A stretch of 63,936 nucleotides of DNA, filler included, from Octopus bimaculoides (taxonomy: Eukaryota): the NCBI RefSeq assembly GCF_001194135.2. It is 5 parts of 5 records of this genome, joined end to end, with 100 filler letters (N's around TTAATTAATTAA, not from the genome) between each part and the next. Parts side by side here need not be neighbours in the genome. Positions count along the whole stretch, not along the records: positions 1 to 24,215 come from NC_069002.1; 4 more parts are not named here. One strand, written 5' to 3'. The stretch's first letter is position 1, and every line of letters begins with the position of its first letter. The notes beneath the pieces were generated by a model that worked only from the letters and a program-made list of their open reading frames with translations, was not told the origin of the DNA and searched no databases. Shown piece by piece: positions 12,307 through 24,215 of this stretch. A program made the position numbers and the translations under genes.

Positions 12307-12469
12307 ACAAAAAAAAACGATCTAAGCAGAATCCAAACGATGAACAAACAAAAATACGAGGCAAAGACAGAAATAAATAAATAAAATAAAGCGGATTCAT
12401 TTGCTCCATCTATTCGCAAACCACAAAAATATTTCTCTCTTTTTTTTCTGCCTCACTGTCTTCTACAAA

Positions 12470-12736
12470 ACAAGCAGAAAGGGAATAATTTATGAACGAT
12501 TCCAAAAATGTTTACGACGTTTCTCTGACGTAAAATCATCCCTGAACATTATTAGTGGCATAAAGTATGTATAACTATGTAATTTATATGCAAATGATAT
12601 CATTTATGAATTGATTATCGGTCGTCTGATATGCAATATTGTCTATGGCATCCATTTTCTCCCTCCAGTGTTTTTATTTGCCTTATGCGCACGTCTGCGT
12701 ACCGCACATCAGCAGAAATTTACAGGATATGTATAT

Positions 12737-12775
<39 letters not shown>

Positions 12776-12803
12776 TGTGTATGTATGTATATATATACAC
12801 ACA

Positions 12804-12852
<49 letters not shown>

Positions 12853-13210
12853 GTATATATGTATATATATGTATGTATATATGTATGTATATNNNNNNNN
12901 NNNNNNNNNNNNNNNNNNNNNNNNNNNNNNNNNNNNNNNNNNNACAAGCAGAAAGGGAATAATTTATGAACGATTCCAAAAATGTTTACGACGTTTCTCT
13001 GACGTAAAATCATCCCTGAACATTATTAGTGGCATAAAGTATGTATAACTATGTAATTTATATGCAAATGATATCATTTATGAATTGATTATCGGTCGTC
13101 TGATATGCAATATTGTCTATGGCATCCATTTTCTCCCTCCAGTGTTTTTATTTGCCTTATGCGCACGTCTGCGTACCGCACATCAGCAGAAATTTACAGG
13201 ATATGTATAT

Positions 13211-13240
<30 letters not shown>
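12470..13240. repeat. ~297-bp direct duplication across an N gap (probable contig overlap)
   Basis: 12470-12766 is identical by eye to 12944-13240; the second copy starts at the first base after the gap 12893-12943. Confidence 0.85.
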
Positions 13241-13241
<1 letters not shown>

Positions 13242-13419
13242 CGTGCGTGTGTGTGTGTGTGTGTGTGCGTGTGTGTGGGTATGTATGTGTGTATGTCTGT
13301 CATTATTTGGTGTTATTTCATGATTTCTTGCCAATAGGGAAAGAGACTGTTTGTAACATAGATCCAAGGTCCCTTCATCAGATTTTTCTACAACATTAAC
13401 AGGGTATTTCCGTCTGTCA

Positions 13420-13489
<70 letters not shown>

Positions 13490-13526
13490 ATGATGGATTA
13501 AATCTGTAGTCTTCGAGTTATGTATG

Positions 13527-13557
<31 letters not shown>

Positions 13558-13858
13558 GTGTGTGTATTTGTGTATGTATGTATGTGTGTGTGTATGTGTG
13601 TGCATGTATGTATGTATGTGTGCATGTATGTATATGTTTATGTATGTGTATGTATGTATGTGCGTGTATGTATGCATGTGTGTATGTATGTGTGAGTATG
13701 TATGTATGTATGTATGTATGTGTGTATGTATGTGTGTGTGTATGTATTTATGTACGTACGTACGTATGTATGTGTTTGTGTATGTACATATTATGCATGT
13801 ATGTGCTCGTGTGTGTATGTATGTGCGTGTATGTCTGTGCCTGTATCTGTGTATGCAT
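13420..13858. repeat. (TCTG)n/(TATG)n/(TG)n compound microsatellite
   Basis: Direct reading. Confidence 0.9.
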
Positions 13859-14254
13859 GGTTATTGGAGCCGGCTCCTCTCAACTACTTTCATCGAATCA
13901 TTGTCCGACGCAGCTTTGTAGTTCTCAGACTCTTGTATTCTTTACCAATTCCAAAGACACGAGTCCGACAATGCTGGCCCTTTAGAATTTACAAGAATGG
14001 TTCAGGTGTTAGGATTCTATACAGTCTCCGTCCAACTCAATTGATGCAAAAGACGTATCGCATTAATCCGATTAACGATCTGCGGATATGCATTTTGGGT
14101 TAATGGACGATTCCAACTTAATTAACTGCATTGAATGTTCTTTAGCTTAGATCATTCTGTAGCGATGGTTTTGGCTTTTTCTCTCTGCATCAATTTCTCT
14201 ATCTCTGTACATAATTCTCTCTCCCTCTCTTTGTATACTCTCTGTATCTGTATA

Positions 14255-14362
14255 TATGCATGTATATATGTATGTCTGTCTGTCTGTATGTATGTATGTA
14301 TGTATGTCTGTCTGTCTGTCTGTCTGTCTGTATGTATGTATGTATGTATGTATGTATGTTCG

Positions 14363-14420
<58 letters not shown>
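14255..14420. repeat. (TATG)/(TCTG)/(TATC)n compound microsatellite
   Basis: Direct reading. Confidence 0.9.
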
Positions 14421-14421
<1 letters not shown>

Positions 14422-14486
14422 TAAGTACCAGTAGTGTACTGGATTTACCCCTCTCGCAGACTTGCTGGCTTTGTGCAAAAATTTAA

Positions 14487-14506
14487 AACTACTACTATTA
14501 CTACTA

Positions 14507-14577
<71 letters not shown>

Positions 14578-14587
14578 GCTGCTGCTG

Positions 14588-14638
<51 letters not shown>

Positions 14639-14648
14639 TCATTATTAT
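14487..14648. repeat. (ACT)n/(GCT)n trinucleotide array at the 3' end of a family B fragment (14422-14488)
   Basis: Direct reading; preceded by AAGTACCAG...GGCTTTGTGCAAAAATTTAAAAC. Confidence 0.85.
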
Positions 14649-14651
14649 TTT

Positions 14652-14825
14652 AAGGTAGCGATCTGGCAGAATCGTTAGCACACCGAGCAAAAATGCTTAG
14701 CGGCATTTCGTCCATCGTTACGTTCTGAGTTCAAATTCTACTGAGGTCGACTTTGCTTCTCATCTTTTCGGAGCCGATAAAATTAGTACGCGTTGAGTGC
14801 TGGGGGTCGATGTAAATCGATTTAA
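14652..14825 (+). mobile_element. SINE family B, 3'-truncated
   Basis: AAGGTAGCGATCTGGCAGAATCGTTAGCAC (A-box like) ... GAGTTCAAATTC (B-box like) ... GGGGTCGATGTAAATCGA. Confidence 0.85.
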
Positions 14826-15800
14826 CACATCTATCAATATTTGAAATCGTTATGATCTTTGCATTTGCTGTTGTTCTTCTTCTTGTTTTAAATCTTGTTG
14901 CTCCTACGTTTCTTGCTTGTTTTTTTTTCTTTTATCTTTGAGATTGTGGATTTTGATATTTTCCTTGATATTTCTTATTAATATTTTTGTTGTTGTTACT
15001 GTCGTCGATGTTGTCGTTGCTGTTTTTGATCGCTTTGTCATGTTGCTAGCCTCGTCAGTGTTGTTGTTGTTGTCGTTGTAGATACTGTTGGTGCTGTTTT
15101 CCTGTTGATTTTCTGCATGTTCGTTATTTTTGTTGTTATTGTTGTTGTTATTGTCACTGTTGTTTGTAATGTCGTTGTAGTTCTTATAAATGTTGGTATT
15201 GATGTTTGTTGTATTTTCGATATTTTATTTGTCTTTTTTTACTCTTTTTAAATTAAAAATAATCATTCCAGCATCAACGAAAAAAAAGAAAAAACAACAG
15301 AAAAATTAATTTCAAACAGAAAAGAAAAAGAAAAAAAAACCTTTCTTTCCTACATTTTTCAATAAATTAATTTCAATTCATTTATTCCGACTAGAAAATT
15401 ACAAAAAATTAAAATGTATAAACAGACAAAACAAAAAAACAAAACAATAAGATTTATAGCCAAACTACCGTGACAAACAACAAAATTGATGAAGCAACCC
15501 GTGAAGGCCCGCCTTGTCGATTTCGTAACCGGATCAATAACAGGAGATCAGCAAAATAATTAATTAGAATATCTGAAACACATATAATGGAGATAAACCT
15601 ACAGCTATTATTTATTTGAATGCTTTTAAATGTGTTGATTGCAGACAGTGTAAACATATCTTATATTTCTGTTTACTTAAGAGAAATAAACGAAGTTCTC
15701 ATATCGCTAACAATCACCACAACGAAAGGTGTTTCAATAAATAACCATACATTTATCTCCGTCATACATGTCTTAAGCTTCATGATTTATGATGAGTCCT

Positions 15801-16133
15801 GATGCCGCATTCTGCCGGTTTACACGACGAGACTTCCAATTGATCCGATCAACGGAACAGGCCTGCTCGTGAAATTAACGTGCAAGTGGTTGAGCACTCC
15901 ACAGACATGTGAACCCTTAAAGTAGATCTCAGGGAGATTCAGCGTGGCACAGAATGTGACAAGGCTGGCTGGCCCTTTGAAATACGAGTAGAACTCATTT
16001 TTACCAGGTAAGTGGATTGGATCAACGTGAAATAAAGTGCGTTGCTGATGGAAACAACGCACCGCCGGGAATGGAACTCATGGCCTTACGATCGCGAGCC
16101 GAATACCCAAACCACTAAGCCACGCGTCTTCAC
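15801..16133 (-). mobile_element. SINE family C, near full length
   Basis: Reverse complement begins GTGAAGACGCGTGGCTTAGTGGTTTGGGTATTCGGCTCGCGATCGTAAGG...GAGTTCCATTCC and ends in the GATCGGATCAA.TGGAA tail. Confidence 0.85.
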
Positions 16134-16154
16134 GTGAGATGTTCTCTGTGAATA

Positions 16155-16397
16155 GTGAAGACGAATGGCCGAGTGCCTAAGGAGTTCCGCTCGCGCTGAA
16201 GTGCGTTGCGTACTTGAGAAGAATAGTTGATTTCACATGGTTTCTGTCCCCTCAGCTCCAATTGCTGAATACACCCGACTAATGTACTGGCGTTCTGTTC
16301 GGGAGGAATGTTGTGATGTTGTGAATCCGTCACTTGTACGCCACAGAAACCGGGTAACCGGCCCTGTGAATCGTAGGACCCGAGAGAGTAACGCCTA
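16155..16397 (+). mobile_element. Putative tRNA-headed SINE (family D, single copy here)
   Basis: GTGAAGACGAATGGCCGAGTGCCTAAGG resembles a tRNA D-arm/A box; GC-richer than the flanks. No second copy is present to confirm it. Confidence 0.4.
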
Positions 16398-16481
16398 GGT
16401 AGTTATGGTGGTGGTGGTGATGATGATGAAGAAGTCGATGATGATGATGACGATGATGATGATGATGACGATGACGATAGC

Positions 16482-16590
16482 ATGAAAGATAAATTCGACT
16501 TTAGCAGGACTTGATCTCAGACCACTGGGAGTCGAAACGAATGCTATTGATACAATGCATTCTATCCAATGCTCCGACATTTTTGCCAAA
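16482..16590 (-). mobile_element. SINE family B, degenerate 5' half
   Basis: ATGAAAGATAAATTCGACTTTAGCAGGACTTGATCTCAGA... aligns with 20015-20115. Confidence 0.55.
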
Positions 16591-17918
16591 CCACTTACCA
16601 TGCACAACGGGGACAGAAGACCCAACTCTTTTAGAAATGCTGCATCGATAATCAACTCTTATAGACGTTAACAGGTATTGTATGACGGACGGGATAAGGA
16701 GGAGGAAGAGGAGGGGGAAGAGGGGGAGGATGAGGAGGGGGACATGATAGTTTCTCTGGTGAACGGATTTGCTTTGTTTATTGTGCTGGAGTTCACATGT
16801 GTGGGCATATACACATGTATATATGTTTAGGTGTATAGGTATGCGCATGTGTTTGTAGTTGAGTCTATGTATATACTCGTGTTAAGGTGTGTATGTAGAT
16901 GTATGTGCGTACACCTATTCGTGTACGCGAGTATGAATACGTGTGAATGCGTGTGCATAGGTTTATACATGGAAAGGTGTTCGTATGCGTGACAGAAGTT
17001 CTTAGACAATTTCTTTGCTCATCATATTCTCTGACATTAAGCACGAAGTTTCGTGTACAAAATGCTAAAACATGCTCGAATATGCATAGACGTGCAACAT
17101 GCACGAAACTAGGCACACGCACGCTTGCAAATACACAGCACACATATGTATATGCGCATGTATGCCTATATATATATATATNNNNNNNNNNNNNNNNNNN
17201 NNNNNNNNNNNNNNNNNNNNNNNNNNNNNNNNNNNNNNNNNNNNNNNNNNNNNNNNNNNNNNNNNNNNNNNNNNNNNNNNNNNNNNNNNNNNNNNNNNNN
17301 NNNNNNNNNNNNNNNNNNNNNNNNNNNNNNNNNNNNNNNNNNNNNNNNNNNNNNNNNNNNNNNNNNNNNNNNNNNNNNNNNNNNNNNNNNNNNNNNNNNN
17401 NNNNNNNNNNNNNNNNNNNNNNNNNNNNNNNNNNNNNNNNNNNNNNNNNNNNNNNNNNNNNNNNNNNNNNNNNNNNNNNNNNNNNNNNNNNNNNNNNNNN
17501 NNNNNNNNNNNNNNNNNNNNNNNNNNNNNNNNNNNNNNNNNNNNNNNNNNNNNNNNNNNNNNNNNNNNNNNNNNNNNNNNNNNNNNNNNNNNNNNNNNNN
17601 NNNNNNNNNNNNNNNNNNNNNNNNNNNNNNNNNNNNNNNNNNNNNNNNNNNNNNNNNNNNNNNNNNNNNNNNNNNNNNNNNNNNNNNNNNNNNNNNNNNN
17701 NNNNNNNNNNNNNNNNNNNNNNNNNNNNNNNNNNNNNNNNNNNNNNNNNNNNNNNNNNNNNNNNNNNNNNNNNNNNNNNNNNNNNNNNNNNNNNNNNNNN
17801 NNNNNNNNNNNNNNNNNNNNNNNNNNNNNNNNNNNNNNNNNNNNNNNNNNTCAAAATCCGTCAAAATATATCGTTTTCATTCCCATCATGTGCAGTTTCT
17901 TTCTTTTCTTGTCTTTTT

Positions 17919-17961
<43 letters not shown>

Positions 17962-18119
17962 GTCCGTCTGTTCATCTCTCTCTCTCTCTCTCTCTCTCTC
18001 GCTCACATTTACCACACACTCACGGTGTTGCTATCATCCACGACCAAGTATTTCTTAAAGATAGATTTGTCGAGCTTCTGTACGATCTCCCACAACCATT
18101 CTCATCGTCGTTACCCAAA

Positions 18120-18218
18120 TCGTGGTGGTGGTCGTAGTAGTAGTAGTTGTCGTTGCTTTCCTCCTCCTCCTCCTCCTTCTTCTTCTTCTTCTTCTTCTTC
18201 TTCTTCTTCTTCTTCTAC

Positions 18219-18250
<32 letters not shown>

Positions 18251-18456
18251 CTTCTTCTTCTTCTTCTCCTTCACCTTCCTTTTCTTCTTCTGCCTCTTCT
18301 CCTACATCTTCCTCCTCTTCTTCTTATTCCTCCCCTTCCCTCTTCCTCTTCCTCCCCTTCTTCTCCCCTCCTCATCCCCCCTTCTCCTTCTTCACGTAAT
18401 TCATGTTCTTGACATCATTACATTATCATTGTTGTTTCTGCTGTCGTTGTTGCGTT

Positions 18457-18504
<48 letters not shown>

Positions 18505-18572
18505 GCTGTTATTATTATGTTGTTGATATTATTATTACTATTTGCCATTATTATTAATTATTATTATTATTA

Positions 18573-18623
<51 letters not shown>

Positions 18624-18842
18624 GTTATTGTTATTATTATTATCACTGTTATTATTGACTTTATTATACGACGTAAACATCCATGACATTATATAATGTA
18701 GCTGTTGATATTTGATATCGTCATCATTAGGGGCCAATGACATTTCGATGTTTAATATCAACATAAACTGTAATGGGTGGCAAAGTAATGGCACAGCCGT
18801 TTGATAATTGATATCAGGGCATGCAATAATGGATGGTGATCG

Positions 18843-18874
<32 letters not shown>

Positions 18875-19193
18875 GTTGTGGTGGTGGTGGTGGTGGTGAT
18901 GGGGTGGAGAAGGGAGGTGAAGAAGACGGTCATGATGTTAATACTGATGGTGATGATGATGATGATGGCGATGATGAGGATGATGGTGATGGTGGTGGTA
19001 GAGGTGGCGATGGGGTGGAGAAGGGGGTGAAGAAGACGGTGATGATGTTGATACTGATGGTGATGATGATGATGATGATGGCGATGACGGTGATTGTCAT
19101 GATGATGATGATGATTATGATGATGATGTTGATGATGGTGATGGAGACGAGGAACGGTTGAGTCGATGGTGATAATGACGCCGACGACGACGG

Positions 19194-19243
<50 letters not shown>

Positions 19244-19339
19244 GTAGTGGTGGTGATGGTGATGGTGCTGTCGGCGGCGGTCGCGATGCGGGAAGCTGGA
19301 GTCAATGGTGATAATGTTAATACTGATGATGACGACGAC

Positions 19340-19370
<31 letters not shown>

Positions 19371-19503
19371 ATGACAGTGATGGTGATGACGACGACGACG
19401 ACGACGACGGTGGTGATAACGATGATGAGAGTCTGGTTATGCAATGATCATAAATATGATGATAAAAACGATATTGCTGCCAATGTTTGTGCTGCTACTG
19501 TTT

Positions 19504-19536
<33 letters not shown>

Positions 19537-19733
19537 GCGTCCACACCTTTAATGGAGGCAGCTTGTTTAAAACTCTTAAAGACAGATAACGACGATTATT
19601 ATTATTAATATTTGGCGAAGGAGAAATTCCGATTAGGACTTAGACGATTACACTTACAAACACGATGGCGACGCCGATGGAGATAGCAATGTCCACGTCG
19701 ATGGCGATTGCGTTGGTGATGATGACAATGACA

Positions 19734-19774
<41 letters not shown>

Positions 19775-19838
19775 GATGGTGATCTTGATCATGATGATGG
19801 TGACTCTGATGATGATGATTATAATAATGATAATAATG

Positions 19839-19888
<50 letters not shown>

Positions 19889-19900
19889 TATTATTATTAT
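18120..19900. repeat. 1.8-kb mosaic of trinucleotide microsatellites (TTC, TCC, CAT, TAT, GAT, GGT, GAC, AAT) with an internal 111-bp-period duplication
   Basis: Direct reading; GATGGGGTGGAGAAGGG.GGTGAAGAAGACGGT.ATGATGTT.ATACTGATGG occurs at 18898 and 19009. Confidence 0.9.
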
Positions 19901-19908
19901 TGTCATTA

Positions 19909-20126
19909 TTTCTACCCTAGACACAGGGGCCTTGAAAAATTTTGGGGGGAAGGTGGAAATTGAATATATCGACCCCAGTGCGTAACTGGTACTTATTTCC
20001 TCGATCCCGAAAGGATGAAAGGAGAAGTCGACCTCGGCGGAATTTAAACTCAGAACGTAGCGGTAGACGAAATACCGCTAAGCATTTCGCCCCGCGTGCT
20101 AACGATTCTGCCATCTCACCGCCTTA
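19909..20126 (-). mobile_element. SINE family B, full length
   Basis: Reverse complement: AAGGCGGTGAGATGGCAGAATCGTTAGCACGCG...CTGAGTTTAAATTCCGCCGAGGTCGAC...AAGTACCAG...CTGGGGTCGAT...TAGAAA; flanked by ATT/AAT runs. Confidence 0.9.
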
Positions 20127-20784
20127 ATAATAATAATAATAATAATAATAATGACAATAATAATAATTTCCTGCCAATACGATAACAACGACAACATTTC
20201 TCTACCGTTTGTTTTGTTTTTTGTTTATTTATGATATAAGAGACAACATATTACTGATATATTTCTTTCTTCTTCTAAATGTAAAACACTATGTTGTTTT
20301 GTATATATTTTTCCTTATTATTTTTGTTCAGGTGTTTGTTCTTTTCTATTGTTTGTGTTGTTATGTTTGTTCGTTTTTTTTTCTTTTTTGTTATTTGCTA
20401 ACTTTCTTGATTAGATTTTTCTGAGTTATTTCCTCATTACTTTCAATTAATGAAGAAGAACAGGTAACATACATACGTATGTCTTTCTCATTAAGCTTTT
20501 ATATCAATGCCACTGATAAGGGAAGAAGGAAAAGGTGACGTAGACGGTGGTGTCCATTTTTCTGTGGGGAAATGTTTTATTTTGTTCTTATTCCTTTATT
20601 TATTCTTTATTCATATTTCTCTCTAAAGAAAAATGAAATATGTATATTCATAATCAGAGCTGGCTCTTTTTCCATCATTTACAAACTGATTACACCAATT
20701 AGATTAATTCGTATTAGGTTGCCCCCACCTCTTTCCCCAACTCTCTCACGAAAAAAGTTTTCTATCGTTTTAAATTATTCGCTT

Positions 20785-20792
20785 TCCTTTAA

Positions 20793-20870
<78 letters not shown>
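20785..20870. repeat. (ATT)n microsatellite
   Basis: Direct reading. Confidence 0.95.
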
Positions 20871-21017
20871 GTATACTTACCCGATTTATTATTTTTGATA
20901 CTCTTTGCCCAATACATGTATATGTACGTGTGTGCGTGTGTGTGTGTACATTTTTCTGTCTGTGTATCTGGGCACTTCAGACATATAGATACGTAGATGG
21001 ATATATGGACAAATATA

Positions 21018-21372
21018 CGACAGTTTATTAATCACGACGATTGTTTCGACACATCTAGCATTGATCCGTCATGAGTGGGACGCTCAACAACTGGTTCAGG
21101 AGCATCCGGGGGGGGGGTGCAGATGTATCTCGTCGGGTGATAAATAGGTAAATACTTTTGTCGCTGTATTGCGTGTTCATTTCTCTTTTTTTTTTTCCTA
21201 TCTGCGAAAACGAACAATTACATGGCGAAACATTTACCGAGTTGCATCTATACATCACCCGACAAGATACATCTGCGCCCCCAGATGCTCCTGAACCAGT
21301 TGTTAAGTGTCCCACCCACGAGGGATCGATACTAGATGTGTCGAAATAATTGTCGTGATTAATAAACTGTCG
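21018..21372. mobile_element. MITE with ~120-bp TIRs and TA flanks
   Basis: TA|CGACAGTTTATTAATCACGAC... and ...GTCGTGATTAATAAACTGTCG|TA; arms about 21018-21141 and 21254-21372, with a ~110-bp spacer. Confidence 0.85.
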
Positions 21373-21498
21373 TATATTCCATCTTCCGTCTTTTATTTGC
21401 CATATACATAATGATCACCGTGAAAGTGACCGTACTTTACCAGTAAGCTACCAGGGGTAAACCATTCGTTTTATTCGTGTGTATATATATATATATAT

Positions 21499-21670
21499 TC
21501 AATTTTTTTTCTCCGTGTTTTTCTCCTTGTTTTCTCCGTATTCTTTCTGTTGAAGAGCGTAGCTCGAAACGTTAACGACTTTCTGTATTCTCGAGCGTTA
21601 AACTAATACATCCTTTTGTTGTCTACACCACCTGTCCTCGTCTGTTGTTGTTTTTTTTCGTAAATTCTCC
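21499..21670 (+). mobile_element. Short repeat HH2 with hammerhead-like core
   Basis: TCTTT-CTGTTGA-A-GAGC-GTA-GCTC-GAAAC-GTT-AACGA (21542-21578); homologous to 28494-28657 (minus) and 33311-33352 (minus); TA-rich runs on both sides. Confidence 0.65.
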
Positions 21671-21789
21671 TATATGTATACATACATACATACATACATA
21701 CATTCATACATACATACATGCACACGTATATCCAAATCTCACAGTTCAGCACCTCGTGCAATTTATATGAAAAAATCAATATATTGTTA

Positions 21790-21794
21790 TTTTA

Positions 21795-21858
<64 letters not shown>
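21790..21858. repeat. (ATT)n microsatellite
   Basis: Direct reading. Confidence 0.95.
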
Positions 21859-21859
<1 letters not shown>

Positions 21860-22079
21860 AAACTAAATACCGCCAACTGGCAATTTGTATCGACGTTATT
21901 TATGTCAACACAAATTTTATATAAAGGCGTTGGGTAGAGAGAAGGCAGCCACCATGGAATGTGGAGATCGATAACGGAAAGGAGTCGATAAGGGAAGAAA
22001 GAGCATTAAAATAAGAAATATTGAGTTTGTTTTTGAAATCGGTTACTCCACTCTGCTGCGCCATCAAAAACCAACACAC

Positions 22080-22123
<44 letters not shown>

Positions 22124-22597
22124 ACACACACACGCACACAGACACACATATGTATATACATATATACATATATATATACATACATGTATGCATACATACA
22201 TACATATATATATTTAAAAAAAAAAAAAAATTGATAAGAAAACAATAAAGTGACATTAAAAAAAACCTGATGTCAGAAAGCCAGACTCTAAGAAAGTAGA
22301 ACTTCTTCCCCCCTTCTTCGTCATATATGCTCCCCCCACCAGCCGCCTCCCACTACTCTTACTCGACCTTCAACATAACACCGACATGCTTCGGCTTTTG
22401 ATAACAACCTTAATCTTAAATGATATGAAAGTACAAAACAAATTAAAACGTCTAACATATTTTTACGATATTTCTTAATGGACTCTCTTTCTTTTTCATT
22501 GTCATATACTCTCCCTTTCTCTGTCTCTTTCTCTCTCTTTCTCTCTCTCTGTCCTTCTCTCATTTATATCCTCTCTCAATTCATACACGCTCTTAAT

Positions 22598-22715
22598 ATG
22601 GCGTCGAGCTGGCAGAATGGTTAGTACGCAGGGTAAAGCAAGTTCGAGTTCAAATTCCGCCGAAGTCGATTTTTCATCTCTTTCGGAATCGATAATATCA
22701 GTACCAGTTGAACAC
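22598..22715 (+). mobile_element. SINE family B, deleted and truncated
   Basis: GGCGTCGAGCTGGCAGAATGGTTAG...GAGTTCAAATTCCGCCGAAGTCGA...GTACCAGTTGAACACT. Confidence 0.75.
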
Positions 22716-22828
22716 TCTCAAACGGTATACTATCTCACTCTCTCTATATATACTCCCAGATCGTATTACTCTCCCCTCCCGATACTCTCTGAGAGCGTAT
22801 ATTCTTTCACACTCACTGTATACTCTCT

Positions 22829-22866
<38 letters not shown>

Positions 22867-22903
22867 TCTCTCACACTCTCTGTATCCTTTCTCAAGCCAT
22901 ATA

Positions 22904-23048
22904 ACTCTCCCCTCCCGATACTCTCCCCTCCCGATACTCTCCCCTCCCGATACTCTCTNNNNNNNNNNNNNNNNNNNNACTCTCCCCTCCCGATACTCTC
23001 CCCTCCCGATACTCTCCCCTCCCGATACTCTCCCCTCCCGATACTCTC
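22904..23048. repeat. 16-bp minisatellite (ACTCTCCCCTCCCGAT)n
   Basis: 3+ units, a 20-N gap, then 4+ units; an isolated monomer lies at about 22768. Confidence 0.9.
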
Positions 23049-23232
23049 TTTTTATACTCCCGAAGGCCATAAATTCCGTCAGTTCATCTCTTCATTTTTG
23101 CCGATAAAGCTTCTCTAATTATTAACTTCACTGATATTTAATTAAAACAGATTGTAATTATTGCTTTCGCTTCGTCCTATCCCCCCTCTCCTTCATTCCG
23201 CCATTTTCTTCCTCCTATTCACTCCCTCTATT

Positions 23233-23263
<31 letters not shown>

Positions 23264-23377
23264 GCTATCGTTGTTTTCCCTTCTTTGCTTATTAGAACTG
23301 CTTTCTCCATTACACCACCATCGCTGCAGCAACCACTAACATCACCACTACCACTACTGTTGCCACCACTATCAGCA

Positions 23378-23616
23378 CCTTATTCAGGGATCATTTGAAC
23401 GGGATGGGCTACTCGACCTGAAGAAAATTCTAACTGGGCCCCACCTGCAAGGCCATGCGCTATTTGTCTTTATATGAGATCACTATGTCGCGTACAGAGG
23501 GTTGTGATGCCCTGCACCTGGTGTACCCTTATCAGACGGGTAGTCATGATGGGTATACTGGGCTTCGTATATTTTACTCAAGTGTCACTTTGATTGCATG
23601 CACTACTCTCTCACTC

Positions 23617-23680
<64 letters not shown>
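23378..23680 (+). mobile_element. Unclassified GC-richer segment ending in an (AAT)n tail (possible retroposon 3' end)
   Basis: Non-coding ~240-bp segment ending ...CTCTCTCACTC followed directly by about 21 AAT units; single copy here. Confidence 0.35.
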
Positions 23681-23683
<3 letters not shown>

Positions 23684-24133
23684 TATATATATATAAACAC
23701 TCTATGGACTTACAATGCTACCCATGGTTTCATATATATTATATGTGAGAATATGTGTGTATGAGAGAGAGAGAGGGGGGAAGAGATACAGGGAAAGTGT
23801 GTGTGTGTGTACGTGTGCGTGTGCGTGTGTGTGTATGTATGTGTGTGTGTGTGTGCGTGCGTACTCATTCCTTTCTTTCACTAACTTCAGCCTTGCAACG
23901 TTGTCCTCATTGGAACACTACTATTGATGAAGACTTGCATTTCGTTTCCAAGGCGCAGTTTCTTCATCTCGCTTAGTCATAGGCAGATAAACGTCGGACA
24001 GTTTACCCATAAAAGCATACCTAACTAGAAAACATACATTGAGAATTAATCATACTGTTATCCAAACATCTGCAATTAAGATCAACAATATAAAACACAC
24101 ACACACGTACATGTTCTCATGTTTGTGTGCGTT

Positions 24134-24215
<82 letters not shown>

